A DNA stretch of 64,000 nucleotides, taken from positions 133,186 to 197,185 of the forward strand of contig BTVJ01000006.1 in assembly GCA_045863395.1 (NCBI GenBank), read 5' to 3'. Made by a program: the position numbers and the translations under genes. Origin of the DNA: Myxococcales bacterium. GTDB lineage: Bacteria > Myxococcota_A > UBA9042 > JABWCM01 > BTVJ01. Positions 27,284 to 39,871 of the stretch are shown here, piece after piece (positions within the stretch are counted from its first letter, which is position 1; every line of letters starts with the position of its first letter). The notes beneath the pieces were generated by a model. The model made no database searches. It was not told the origin of the DNA and was given only the letters and a program-made list of their open reading frames with translations.

Positions 27284-29458
27284 CTAGTCCGGTGTGCACC
27301 CGTCTCCGCCACACACGTCGATGATCTCGCCGGTGCGGAAGAAGTGCACCATCTGGTCGTTGTGGTGCTCCAGCTTGCGCGGCAGCTCGTGGGGATCGGC
27401 CACCGGGGAGGTCGGCGGGGTGTTGACCTTCTCGTCGGGCCAGGGGTTGCCGAACTGGTAGAGCACGACGCCGGAGCCGACGTGCGGGTAGGGCTGCTCC
27501 GGCGCCCCCTGGACCACGCGCTCCGTATCATAGTGGGCCATGATCGGGATCCCGATGTCCGAGCGCGCCGCGATCTCGTTGGTGATCACCGCCACCTGCG
27601 GGTCGCCCTTGGCCGGGACCAGCATGACGTGGTGGGGCCCATTGCCCGGGAACGGCTCGGCGGTGATGTGGCGCATGTAGCTCACCGGGTCCGCGGCGCT
27701 CCAGAGCTGGCCCACGGTCTCCACGAGCAGGACCTGCGTCGTTCGCTCCGGGTAGGCCATGCTCGCGGCGGCGAAGAAGGGGGCGAAGTTACCCGAGCGG
27801 AAGAGCAGGGTGGGGTAGTTGTTGCCGGGCACCCCGAGGTGGCCGCGCTCCACGTCCTGGGAGAGAGCCACGTAGGTCGCGCCGTAGATGCCGCCCTGGG
27901 AGATGCCGGAGTAGTAGAGCTCCGCCTGGTTGACGACCACGCCGCGGTCTGTGACCTCCGCCAAGGACGGAAACCGCTCCCGCATGGCCCGCGCGAGCAG
28001 CAGGTGGTTGACCATGCCCTGGTGGAGGCGGTCGGCCATCCACGGGAAGTCGCTCACGTCGAGCAGCATCTGGATGATCATGGGCACGTCCTCGCTGCTC
28101 ATGCCCAGCATGTTGCAGGAGAAGAAGATGAGGTGGTGCTTCGCCGCGATCTTGCTGTTGAAGCTGCCGCGCACCTGGTCGCCCATGCCGTTCTGTCCGT
28201 GGCCGTAGTGCACGAGCCCGTGCGGGGTGCCGTCGAGGGCCGTGCGGGGGATGCGGATCCACAGGTCCTCCTCGCGCCAGCCGCTCTGCGCCGGCATCCC
28301 GTCGGGGCCCTCGTGGAACCGGTAGGCCTTGGTGCCGTCGGGGAGGACCTCCTCGTCGAGGAAGCTCGGCGCGCGGAACGTGCCCCGCAGCTCCACGGCG
28401 ATGTGCTCGTTCTGTTCGGGGCTGAACTCGTCGATGGCCGTGATTGTGAGCTCAGGTCCCTGCGGGCCCGTCGCCTCGAAGGCCTCGTCGCGCATGTGCA
28501 GCATGCGGCCGTGCAGGGCGTTGCTGCTCGCCGTGTTGAAGTCCCAGGCCAGGGTCAGGGAGGCGCGGGGGACTCCCTCGGCCTCCAGGCGCGACAGCAG
28601 GTCGTCGAAGCGGGCCTGGCGCGCCGCGAGCGGGCCCGTGGCCATCCCATCCCGCAGCGCGGCGAAGGCTTCACCTGGCGCAATCGGTGCGCCGTCCGTG
28701 TCCTTCAGCCCCCGGAACGCGACGATGTACCGCGTCGCCTCCTTGAGGATCACGGCCGGATGCACCATCAACAGCTTCCTCGCCGGGTCGCTCTGCCCCG
28801 CGTCCAGCTCGGCCCAATAGGGCACACGGACCAGGGTGTCGCCGTCCACCTCGAACCAGAGCAGGGGGGCGTCGGCGGCCAGCGAGGCGTCCGTGTCGTA
28901 CTCGCCAGGAAAGGAGGTGTCGTCCAGGCGCTCGAAGCGGACCAAGAGCGGCGTGCCTGGCCCGTAGCCGTCCATGCGGCGGTAGGGTTGGGGGTCGATG
29001 TGAACACCCCAGCCGTTGGCAGGGAGCGTGGTCGGCCCGAAGGTGAGGGTCACGCCCGTGGGGCGGGTCGGATCCGGCGCCAGGTACTGGCTCGACGGCC
29101 AGGGCAGGGCGCAGGCGAAGGGGTCCAGCGGGTCGCAGTCCGGGTTTGCGGGCTCGGGGCCTGCGTCGGGGGCGTCGGCGGCGTCGAGGGCAACGTCTCC
29201 GGTGGCGTCGGTGAGGGAGTCGGCCGTGTCCGCGGGGCCGGTGTCGGCGGTGGAGCCGTCGGTCGGGGCCGCGGCGTCCGAGCCCGAGTCGTCGGCCGCG
29301 TCGGCCGCGCTCGCGGTGTCCGCCGTGTCTGCTGCGTCGGCTCCCGGGGTGGTGTCCACCGGCGCGCCGGCGCCGTCAGGGCCTCCCCAGTCATCCTCGG
29401 CGCACGACGTGAGGAGCGTGGCCAGCAGCAGCGCGAGGGGGAGCCGGGTCGTCATCAT
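27284..29458 (-). CDS. Lipoprotein alpha/beta hydrolase (lipase-like)
   Basis: Lipobox LLTSC; Asp-rich linker; LPWPS, DGYG, YGHG; nucleophile elbow GISQGG; GDPQV; DPHE. Confidence 0.75.
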   Translation of the reverse strand: MMTTRLPLALLLATLLTSCAEDDWGGPDGAGAPVDTTPGADAADTADTASAADAADDSGSDAAAPTDGSTADTGPADTADSLTDATGDVALDAADAPDAGPEPANPDCDPLDPFACALPWPSSQYLAPDPTRPTGVTLTFGPTTLPANGWGVHIDPQPYRRMDGYGPGTPLLVRFERLDDTSFPGEYDTDASLAADAPLLWFEVDGDTLVRVPYWAELDAGQSDPARKLLMVHPAVILKEATRYIVAFRGLKDTDGAPIAPGEAFAALRDGMATGPLAARQARFDDLLSRLEAEGVPRASLTLAWDFNTASSNALHGRMLHMRDEAFEATGPQGPELTITAIDEFSPEQNEHIAVELRGTFRAPSFLDEEVLPDGTKAYRFHEGPDGMPAQSGWREEDLWIRIPRTALDGTPHGLVHYGHGQNGMGDQVRGSFNSKIAAKHHLIFFSCNMLGMSSEDVPMIIQMLLDVSDFPWMADRLHQGMVNHLLLARAMRERFPSLAEVTDRGVVVNQAELYYSGISQGGIYGATYVALSQDVERGHLGVPGNNYPTLLFRSGNFAPFFAAASMAYPERTTQVLLVETVGQLWSAADPVSYMRHITAEPFPGNGPHHVMLVPAKGDPQVAVITNEIAARSDIGIPIMAHYDTERVVQGAPEQPYPHVGSGVVLYQFGNPWPDEKVNTPPTSPVADPHELPRKLEHHNDQMVHFFRTGEIIDVCGGDGCTPD

Positions 29459-29668
29459 GGGGTGCTCCATGGTGAGGGTTGCCGCGCCAGACCATACAAG
29501 GAGCCCGGCGCGACGATCTACCCGAAAAGGTCGCCCGGTGCCCCTGATTGGTGACGTTGCGTGGCTCGTCCATGGTGCGCCCGGCTCAAAGTAGTTGACG
29601 GAGCGCCCGTGGCGCTGTGATCTGCACGCGCTGCGGGCGCCCGACGCCCCCAACCTTCACTCGGAGAT

Positions 29669-32529
<2,861 letters not shown>

Positions 32530-32534
32530 AGGGA

Positions 32535-32567
32535 GGGGGTCAAGTATACTCATATCTCATATATTCG
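32535..32567 (+). repeat. Left AT-rich inverted repeat GGGGGTCAAGTATACTCATATCTCATATATTCG
   Basis: 29/33 identical to the reverse complement of 34453-34485; first 18 bp perfect. Confidence 0.9.
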
Positions 32568-34391
32568 CCGCGGCGACCTGAACACGCGCCACCCCGCCAG
32601 GAGGGCTCCAAGCGCTCCAAGCAGCCAGTAGGCGCTCCACTCCCTGGCGCGGCCGCCCGCAGAGCACCCACCGTCCACCCGCGCGTAGGCTGGAGGGGTG
32701 GTGGTCGGGGAGCCCGGCTGGGCGATGGTCGCGTCTTCCTCGGTCACGGCGCTGTCCGCGGGAGGTGGGGAGCCCCACGAGGGGCCGCCACCTCCACCTG
32801 GCTGCCCGCCGCACTCCTCGGACAGGAATGAGAGACACCCGAGGGCGGGGTCGCACCAGTCGATGGTGCATGGGTCGCCGTCATCGCAGTCCACCGGTTC
32901 GGCGTCACACTGTGTCTGCTCCTCTGCACCCGTCTCTGCGCAGACCACGTGCCCCTGGATCTCGCACACTCCATCTCCCACGGAGCAGACCTCGCCCAAC
33001 CCCAGGCCCTCGTCGGTGACTCCGTCGCAGTCGTTGTCGAGCCCGTCACACACTTCGGGCACAGGCACGCAGCCGCCGCACCCCTCGTCGGTGACCCCGT
33101 CGCAGTCGTCGTCCGCACCGTTGCACACCTCGGGCGCCACGTCCCCGCAGCCACCACACGCGTTGGTGACTCCGTCGTCCACGTGGCCGTCACAGTCGTC
33201 ATCAAGGCCGTTGCAGACCTCGGGTCCAACCTCTCCGCAGCCGCCGCACGCGTTGGTGACTCCCTCGTCTGTCTGGCCGTCGCAGTCGTCGTCTTTGCCG
33301 TTGCACACCTCGGGGCTCGAATCGCCGCATCCCGCGCACGGGTCGAAGAGATCCTCGTCGGTCTTGCCGTCGCAGTCGTCGTCGACTCCGTTGCAGGTCT
33401 CAGGCGACGGTGAGCACGGGACGCCGCAGTGAACGCCGCCGTCCTCCAGGCAAAGTTGGCCCCCCGGGCACGGCATCTCGGCAACCCCGCCCTTTGCGTC
33501 GCACTGGTAGCGCTTCCCCTCGAAGCAGATTGCCTTCTCCTTCGGAATCTCCGCGGGGGAGGCAACGCACAGGGCCGAGACGCAGTGAGGTGCGACCCCT
33601 CCGGCGGTGGAGCAGAAGGCTCCGTAGGCGGCGCAGTCTCCCTTGCCGCAGTCGGCCCCGACGATGACGGAGTCGCCCTCACACTTGGGGGTGCACTGAG
33701 TCTGGCCTGCGAGCTTCTCGAGCTGGGCCATGGTGCCGTTGAAGTGGTTCTGGTCGACGTTGCCGCTGATCCCGGGCGTCGAGCCCGTGCTCGAGTACTG
33801 CCAGAACGCCCAGTTGGTCCACGGTGACGGGATCATCGGGCAGCAGCTCGTGCAGTAGCGCGCGATCCAGAGGGGGTAACTGCCGACGTCCGTCCCCTTC
33901 ACGTAGTCCTTCCAGAAGTAGTAGCCGGTGTAGATCATCGGCTTGCGCCCGGTCTTCTGCTCGACGATGGACAGCCACGCCGAGACCTTTGCCGCGTAGG
34001 CCTCGGGGGGGAGCGTCGTCGTCTGCTCCACGTCGATGACCGGCGGCAGATCCCCCGGGCCGAGCGCCCCGATGGTCGCGACCATCAGGTTCGCCTGCGC
34101 CACCGGATCCATGTCCGGCTGGAAGTACTGGTAGGCGCCCCGCACGATGCCCTTCGCCTTCATCTGCGCCCAGTTCGTCGCGAAGGTCTGGTCGACCGTC
34201 GTCCCGTTGGCAGCGCGCGCGATGGCGAACTTCACGCCTGAGCCGGCGACCTTGGCCCAGTCGATGGTCCCCTGCCACTTGGACACGTCGATGCCCTTCA
34301 CGGTGCTGGGGCCGGCGCACACCTCGGCGGCGCGAACGCCCGTGGAGGTCAGGGAGGCGATGACGAACGCTACGGCGATGAAGGCTCTCAT
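32550..34391 (-). CDS. GH25 lysozyme/muramidase with Cys-rich CNGxDDDCDG repeats and a MYXO-CTERM-like anchor
   Basis: Signal peptide; GIDVSKWQG, RGAYQYF, PPVIDVE, PMIYTG, LWIARY, FWQYSSTG, NVDQN; tail DGGCSAGG..WLLGALGALLAGWRVFRSPRR. Confidence 0.9.
   Translation of the reverse strand: MRAFIAVAFVIASLTSTGVRAAEVCAGPSTVKGIDVSKWQGTIDWAKVAGSGVKFAIARAANGTTVDQTFATNWAQMKAKGIVRGAYQYFQPDMDPVAQANLMVATIGALGPGDLPPVIDVEQTTTLPPEAYAAKVSAWLSIVEQKTGRKPMIYTGYYFWKDYVKGTDVGSYPLWIARYCTSCCPMIPSPWTNWAFWQYSSTGSTPGISGNVDQNHFNGTMAQLEKLAGQTQCTPKCEGDSVIVGADCGKGDCAAYGAFCSTAGGVAPHCVSALCVASPAEIPKEKAICFEGKRYQCDAKGGVAEMPCPGGQLCLEDGGVHCGVPCSPSPETCNGVDDDCDGKTDEDLFDPCAGCGDSSPEVCNGKDDDCDGQTDEGVTNACGGCGEVGPEVCNGLDDDCDGHVDDGVTNACGGCGDVAPEVCNGADDDCDGVTDEGCGGCVPVPEVCDGLDNDCDGVTDEGLGLGEVCSVGDGVCEIQGHVVCAETGAEEQTQCDAEPVDCDDGDPCTIDWCDPALGCLSFLSEECGGQPGGGGGPSWGSPPPADSAVTEEDATIAQPGSPTTTPPAYARVDGGCSAGGRAREWSAYWLLGALGALLAGWRVFRSPRRIYEI
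33009..33401 (-). repeat. Five E[TV]C[ND]GxD[DN]DCDGxxD[ED] repeats (myxobacterial putative metal-binding motif)
   Basis: Seen directly in the translation. Confidence 0.85.
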
Positions 34392-34452
34392 GAGCGCCGA
34401 GCATACACGGGGCGGGGACGCGGCGCGACATGGATCGTCGCGCTCCGGCCTT

Positions 34453-34485
34453 CGAGGATATGAGAACTGAGTATACTTGACCCCC
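34453..34485 (-). repeat. Right AT-rich inverted repeat (reverse complement GGGGGTCAAGTATACTCAGTTCTCATATCCTCG)
   Basis: Partner of 32535-32567. Confidence 0.9.
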
Positions 34486-34490
34486 CACAT

Positions 34491-35828
34491 CTACACCGGC
34501 CGGATGGGGCGGCTCGACAGGCGGAGGAAGCGGGCGAGGAGCGCCAGGCTGACCACCACGAGGCCCGCCGTCAGGCCGAGCCAGAGGCCCCGGACTCCCA
34601 GCCCCACTGGGAAGGCCAGGGCCCAGGCCAGGGGGAAGCCGACGCACCAGTGGGCGACGAGGTTGGCGACGAAGGGGACCCGGACGTCGCCGGCCCCCCG
34701 CAGGGCGCCTGACATCACCGCCTGGAGGCCGTCGAAGAGCTGGAAGAAGGCGGCGATTCGCACCAGGGACGCGGCCGCGTGGGCGTAGGCCTCGTCCGGG
34801 GTGAGGAGCCTGGCGATGGGGAGCGCCAGAGTGAGGAGCACCACCGCCGACGTCAGCATCATGACGCTCCCGACGGCGGCGCCGACGAGGCCTACGCGCC
34901 GTGGGTCCTGGCCTGCCCCCACCGCGAGGCCCACCCGGACCGACGTCGCGGCCCCTACGCCTGCCACCGCCATGAAGGTGAAGGAGGCGAGCTGGAGCGC
35001 CACCTGGTGGGGGCCCGCCGCCAGCGCTCCCAACCGCGCCGCCATGAGCCCCGACGTCGAGAAGAGGCCGGTCTCCGCGAGCTGCTGGAGGCCGATGGGG
35101 ATGCTCAGGCGCGCGAGGGTCCGGCCGTCCACCTGCGGCGTCTCCCCTCGCGGCTTGAGCGCCCCCACCGGCCGAAGCAGGCTCAACGCCAGCACTCCGG
35201 TGCTCAGGCTCGTGGCGATGGCGGCGCCGAACGCGCCCAGGGGCGGGATGCCGACCGAGGGCAGGCCCACCGCCACCAGTCCATCGTCTCCCCACACCAG
35301 CAGCGCGTCGGCACCCACGTTGACCAGGTTTGCGACGACGGCCGAGCGCAGGATGACCCCAGTGCGCTGGTACGCCTGGAGCATGGACCGGGCTGCGATG
35401 TAGAGCAGAATGAACGACGACGCGGGGATGCGCCCGACGGCGTAGTCGATGGCGCGGTCCTGGAGCGGACGCGCGACGCCAGCCAGGTGCGTCAGTTGGC
35501 ACGCCCCCACCGCGAGGAGGCCGAGGGGAACTCCCGCGATCACCGCCACCCTGGCGCCGAGGCGCCACCACGCCCAGGCCCGGTCGTGGCTCCCTGCGCC
35601 GACGGCCTGCGAGACCAGCGGGTCGAGGGCCAGCGGGATGCCGATGCCCAGGGAGAGCACCGCAAAGATCAGCGCGTTGCCCAGCGCGACGCCGCCCAGG
35701 TCCGTCCCCGAGCGGCTCCCGACGAAGGCCGTGTCGACGAGGCCCATGGTCATGATCGCCGCCTGGGCCACCACCAGGGGGGCGGCCAGGCGCGCGGTCT
35801 CGCGGACCTCCTGTCTGAGGGTGGTCAT
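34491..35828 (-). CDS. MATE family efflux transporter (NorM-like)
   Basis: LAAPLVVAQ..MGLVDTAFVG, SQAVGA, AATSVRVG, FFQLFDGLQAVMSGALRGAGD, GVRGLWLGL. Confidence 0.92.
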   Translation of the reverse strand: MTTLRQEVRETARLAAPLVVAQAAIMTMGLVDTAFVGSRSGTDLGGVALGNALIFAVLSLGIGIPLALDPLVSQAVGAGSHDRAWAWWRLGARVAVIAGVPLGLLAVGACQLTHLAGVARPLQDRAIDYAVGRIPASSFILLYIAARSMLQAYQRTGVILRSAVVANLVNVGADALLVWGDDGLVAVGLPSVGIPPLGAFGAAIATSLSTGVLALSLLRPVGALKPRGETPQVDGRTLARLSIPIGLQQLAETGLFSTSGLMAARLGALAAGPHQVALQLASFTFMAVAGVGAATSVRVGLAVGAGQDPRRVGLVGAAVGSVMMLTSAVVLLTLALPIARLLTPDEAYAHAAASLVRIAAFFQLFDGLQAVMSGALRGAGDVRVPFVANLVAHWCVGFPLAWALAFPVGLGVRGLWLGLTAGLVVVSLALLARFLRLSSRPIRPV

Positions 35829-35992
35829 GGCCGGCGAGCCTCGGGCAGCCAGACCCGAGTCGCCACCCGCGATGCGGCCGGACGTCGCTTCAGATGCACC
35901 GTCCGAGTCGCGTCGGCCCATCGTTCCGCCTGACGTCCCGCCAGATGCATCGTCGGGTGAGCCACGTCCTGGGCACTTCTCCCCCCGCGTGG

Positions 35993-36313
35993 TCACCGGA
36001 GGGAGCGGATGTGCCGCACCAGGGCTGAGATCTCCTCGTCCGTCAGGCGACCTCCGAAGGGCCGCATGCGGGTGCCGGCGCGCCCGCCCCGCACCGCCGC
36101 CCCGATCGCCTCGTCGGTGCGGCCCCCCTGCCACTCGGCTGCCCTGAAGTCCGGGATGCCCCACTTGCGGCCGAGCGGCGTCTTCCCCGAGCCGTCCTTG
36201 CCGTGGCAAGGGGCGCACAGCGACGTGAAGAGCGCCTTGCCGTCGGCGGCGGCGTCCGCCGCCACGAGCAGCGCCGCGACCGCAAACCACCGCCCGAGGT
36301 GCCTCGCGCTCAC
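35993..36313 (-). CDS. Small monoheme c-type cytochrome
   Basis: Signal peptide, GKALF..CAPCHG, distal MRPF; GTG start overlaps the upstream stop. Confidence 0.85.
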   Translation of the reverse strand: MSARHLGRWFAVAALLVAADAAADGKALFTSLCAPCHGKDGSGKTPLGRKWGIPDFRAAEWQGGRTDEAIGAAVRGGRAGTRMRPFGGRLTDEEISALVRHIRSLR

Positions 36314-37275
36314 GGATCCACCGGCTGGGGCAGGAGCCCCGTCCCCCACCGGAAGGGCAGCTCCACCACCACTGCGTCCCGCTCCCCCACCCGCACCACC
36401 GTCCCCGGCGCAGCCAGCTTGTTCTTCACCAGGGCCAGACCGATGGGGCCGAGCTCAGGCGACTCCACCGCGCTCGTCAGGGTGCCCGCCTTGCGCCCGT
36501 CCACCGTGAGGAGTCCCGGCGCGGGCAGCCCCCCAGAGAAGCGCAGCCCCCGCAGCAGCCGCGGTGGCTGCCCACGGTAGGTCGTCATGGCGATGGTCTC
36601 CTGCCCGATGTAGCAGCCCTTCTTGTAGCTGATGGCGTGCCGCAGGTGGGCCTCCAGCGGGATGGTGTCCTCGGTCAGCTCGCGTCCGAGCCAGGGCACA
36701 CCGGCCTCCACCCGCGCCACGTCCAGCGCCGCCGGTCCGGCCTCCACGACCCCGGCCGCTCGCAGCGCCGCAAGGACCGGCGCCACCTCCCCCTCCACCA
36801 GCAGGTCGACGCCCCGCTCGCCGCAGCGCCCGTGCTCGACGGCGGTGACCTCCGCGCCGACCACGGTCCTCAGCCACGCGAACGGCGCGTCGAGCCCGCC
36901 CACGAGGTCGGCCGCCGCGGGCCCCTGCACCGACAGGACCTGCGCAGCAAGCGTCGTGAACACCACGTCCTGGGCCAGCACGAAGCGCTGGAGCGCTGCC
37001 ACGGTCGCCGCTGCTGCCGGCATCACGGCGAGGAAACGCCGCTCCTCCAGGCGCAGCAGCAGCAGCACCCCGACCACCTTCCCCGTGTCCGTCAGGAACG
37101 TCGCGTACCGCCCTGGCGCGCCAGGCACCATGGACTTCACGTCCTGGGACAGCATCGAGTGCAGAAACCGCTCTGCGTGGCGCCCGCGGATCTCTACGAC
37201 GTCGTCCTGGATCGAGAACAGGGCCGCTCGTGACCGCACCGCCTCCAGCTCCGCCACCAACGTCGCGTCACTCAT
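36310..37275 (-). CDS. ygfZ: YgfZ/GcvT-family folate-binding protein
   Basis: GRHAERFLHSMLSQD, ARVEAG, ISYKKGCYIGQE signature. Confidence 0.85.
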   Translation of the reverse strand: MSDATLVAELEAVRSRAALFSIQDDVVEIRGRHAERFLHSMLSQDVKSMVPGAPGRYATFLTDTGKVVGVLLLLRLEERRFLAVMPAAAATVAALQRFVLAQDVVFTTLAAQVLSVQGPAAADLVGGLDAPFAWLRTVVGAEVTAVEHGRCGERGVDLLVEGEVAPVLAALRAAGVVEAGPAALDVARVEAGVPWLGRELTEDTIPLEAHLRHAISYKKGCYIGQETIAMTTYRGQPPRLLRGLRFSGGLPAPGLLTVDGRKAGTLTSAVESPELGPIGLALVKNKLAAPGTVVRVGERDAVVVELPFRWGTGLLPQPVDP

Positions 37276-38158
37276 CTCTGGTCTCCGCATACCGCCGCAG
37301 CAGGTTCCCGTAGGCGTCGATGCGCCTGTCCCGCAGGAACGGCCAGATGCGACGGTCTGTCTCCGTCCGCGCCAGGTCCACGGGCACCACCAGCACCTCT
37401 TCCGCCTGCTCCACCCCCCCCAGCACCTCTCCGAGCGTCCCGGCCACGAAGCTGCTGCCCCAGAACTGGATTCCTCCCGTCTGCCCGGACGGATCCGCCT
37501 CGAACCCGGTCCGGTTGGCCACCACCACCGGAAGCCCGTTGGCGACCGCATGGGCGCGCTGCACGGTCACCCACGCGTCGCGCTGCCGCTGCTGCTCCTC
37601 CGCCGTGTCCCGTGGGTCCCACCCGACCGCGGTGGGGTAGATCAAGACCTCCGCGCCCCGCAGCGCCATGAGCCGCGCCGCCTCCGGGTACCACTGGTCC
37701 CAGCACACCAGCACCCCGAGACGCCCCACCTGCGTGTCGATGGGCTCGAAGCCCAGGTCCCCCGGCGTGAAGTAGAACTTCTCGTAGAAGCCCGGGTCGT
37801 CGGGGATGTGCATCTTGCGGTAGCGGCCCGCGATGCTCCCGTCCGCGTCCAGCACCACCGCCGTGTTGTGGTAGAGGCCCGCCGCGCGCCGCTCGAACAG
37901 GGACGTGACGATGACGACCCCCAGCTCCCGCGCCAGCGCACCGAACCGCTTCGTCGACTCCCCGGGGATGCTCTCCGCCAGGTCGAAGCACGCCAGGTCC
38001 TCGGTCTGGCAGAAGTAGGGCGTGGCGTGCAGCTCCTGGAGTACGACGAGCCGCGCTCCCCGCCTTGCGGCCTCCCGCACCCCGGCCTCGCTGCGGCTGA
38101 GGTTCTGCTCCCGCTCCGGCGTACACGCCTGCTGGACGATCCCGACTCCGAACATCAC
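37268..38158 (-). CDS. aguB: N-carbamoylputrescine amidase (nitrilase superfamily)
   Basis: LQELH, YRKMHIPDDPGFYEKFYFTPGD, LVCWDQWYPE, YPTAVGW, WPFLRDRRIDAY; directly downstream of agmatine deiminase. Confidence 0.88.
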   Translation of the reverse strand: MMFGVGIVQQACTPEREQNLSRSEAGVREAARRGARLVVLQELHATPYFCQTEDLACFDLAESIPGESTKRFGALARELGVVIVTSLFERRAAGLYHNTAVVLDADGSIAGRYRKMHIPDDPGFYEKFYFTPGDLGFEPIDTQVGRLGVLVCWDQWYPEAARLMALRGAEVLIYPTAVGWDPRDTAEEQQRQRDAWVTVQRAHAVANGLPVVVANRTGFEADPSGQTGGIQFWGSSFVAGTLGEVLGGVEQAEEVLVVPVDLARTETDRRIWPFLRDRRIDAYGNLLRRYAETRDE

Positions 38159-39180
38159 GCCTCGCCTCTCAGCACCCCGACGGGGAGCTGCATGGTCAGA
38201 CAGTGGAGGGAGCCGCCCTGCTCCAGCAGCGGCAGACAGTCGATGCCGACCACGTCACGCCCCGGAAAGGCGCTCGCCACCGCCGCCAGGGCCTCCCCGT
38301 CTCGGCGATCTCTGTAGGTGGGCACCAGCACGGCCCCGTTGATCACCAGGAAGTTGGCATACGTGGCGGCGAGGCGGCCGCGAGGCCCGCTCTTCGGCGA
38401 CGGCCACGGCAGCGGTACGAGCCGCCACGGACGCCCGTCTGCCGTGCGAAGGCCCCGCAGCTCCTGCTCCATGAGGGACAGCCCGTCGTGGTGCACGTCC
38501 CCAAGATCGTCGCAGCGCACGTAGGCAATGGTGTCGTCGGGGCACAGCCGCGCGAGCGTGTCCACATGCGCGTCGGTGTCGTCACCGACCAGGTGCCCGC
38601 TGTGCAGCCACAGGACGCGCTCCGCCCCCAGCTCCTCCCTGAGGGCCGCTTCCACCCCCGCCTGGTCCAGGTGCGGGTTGCGGTTGGGCGACAGCAGGCA
38701 CTGCGACGTGGTCAGCAGGGTCCCGCGCCCGTCGCTCTCGATGCTGCCCCCTTCCAGGATCATCCCCACCGTCTTCACACGCCGATGCCCCAGCGCCCCC
38801 AGCATCGCAAGCTCGCGCGTGATGCGGTTGTCCCGGTCTGCCGCGAACTTCAGCCCCCAGCCATTGAACCCGAAGTCCAGGAGCAGGGGTCCCCCGTCAC
38901 CGACCAGCGTGATGGGACCGAAGTCTCGCGCCCACGTGTCGTTGGTCGCGACGTCCCACAGGTGGACCCGCCCGAGATCCGCACCGACCCCCGCCAGCAC
39001 CCCCGTCACGTGGCGAGGCTCCCTGCAGACGAGCACCACGTCCTCACGCAGCGCGATCTCGCGCACGATGGCGGCGAACACGGGCTCGACGGCCTCGAGC
39101 ACCTCGGACCAGTCCGTCTCGGCGTGGGGCCACGCCATCAGCACCCCGTCCTGGGGCTCCCACTCTGCCGGCAGTCTCAT
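38155..39180 (-). CDS. aguA: Agmatine deiminase
   Basis: RLPAEWE, DTWARDFGP, FNGWG, LEGGSIESDG, DDTDAHVD, ATYANF, GGSLHCLTMQ. Confidence 0.9.
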   Translation of the reverse strand: MRLPAEWEPQDGVLMAWPHAETDWSEVLEAVEPVFAAIVREIALREDVVLVCREPRHVTGVLAGVGADLGRVHLWDVATNDTWARDFGPITLVGDGGPLLLDFGFNGWGLKFAADRDNRITRELAMLGALGHRRVKTVGMILEGGSIESDGRGTLLTTSQCLLSPNRNPHLDQAGVEAALREELGAERVLWLHSGHLVGDDTDAHVDTLARLCPDDTIAYVRCDDLGDVHHDGLSLMEQELRGLRTADGRPWRLVPLPWPSPKSGPRGRLAATYANFLVINGAVLVPTYRDRRDGEALAAVASAFPGRDVVGIDCLPLLEQGGSLHCLTMQLPVGVLRGEA

Positions 39181-39355
39181 CTCGTCAGCCTCCAGCGCGC
39201 CGCCACTCTAGCCAACCGGCCGCCTCCGGGGCAAGGGCCGGCCTCGGCGCCTTCACCAGACGCCGCCGTCGGTCGGTCCTGGAGGGCGACCGCCTTGCGG
39301 CCCTGGGACCCTTGCGGTATGGTGCGCCCACACCTGCAACGATCCCAGGAGCACC

Positions 39356-39841
39356 ATGCGTGTGAGACGACTGCCAGTGATCTGCGGCGCGCTGTTGTTC
39401 ACGCTCGGGGCGTGCGAAGAGCCCACCAATGGTTCGAAAGCTGGCGATGTGGGGAGCACCACCGCGGACACGACTGCCGATGCCGGCAACCCCGGTGACA
39501 TCACCAGCGACACCACCGGTGTCGACGCTGCCGACTCGGGCCCACTGGACCCGACCCTCGGAGGCCCTTGCGAGTCCAGCGGTGCGCGGGTCTGCGATGC
39601 GAACGGGGAGGTGCTGCACTGCGCCCCGACCAACGGGGTCTACACCTGGAAGCCGTTCCCCAACCACGAGGACTCCGAGCAGTGCTTCTGTTCGGGCAAG
39701 GGACCGGAGGCCAAGGTCTCTTGCGCCGTCCCTGGCTTCGTCGGCCTCGACCGCACAGGGCGCCAGCGCAAGGCGCCCACGCTGCGTGCTCGCCGTCGCG
39801 CGTCCAGCCAGGACGACACCACCTCCCGACTGTGCGCCTGA
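39356..39841 (+). CDS. Small Cys-rich hypothetical lipoprotein
   Basis: RBS AGGAG; lipobox LGAC; T/D linker; several Cys; basic C-terminus. Confidence 0.65.
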   Translation: MRVRRLPVICGALLFTLGACEEPTNGSKAGDVGSTTADTTADAGNPGDITSDTTGVDAADSGPLDPTLGGPCESSGARVCDANGEVLHCAPTNGVYTWKPFPNHEDSEQCFCSGKGPEAKVSCAVPGFVGLDRTGRQRKAPTLRARRRASSQDDTTSRLCA

Positions 39842-39871
39842 GCCGGCCACCCCGTTCAACCGGAGTCCACC

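Noticed and set aside
32530..34490. Fresh Tn3-family insertion (GGGG-starting inverted repeats)
   Set aside because: No 5-bp target duplication on either register, and no transposase or resolvase
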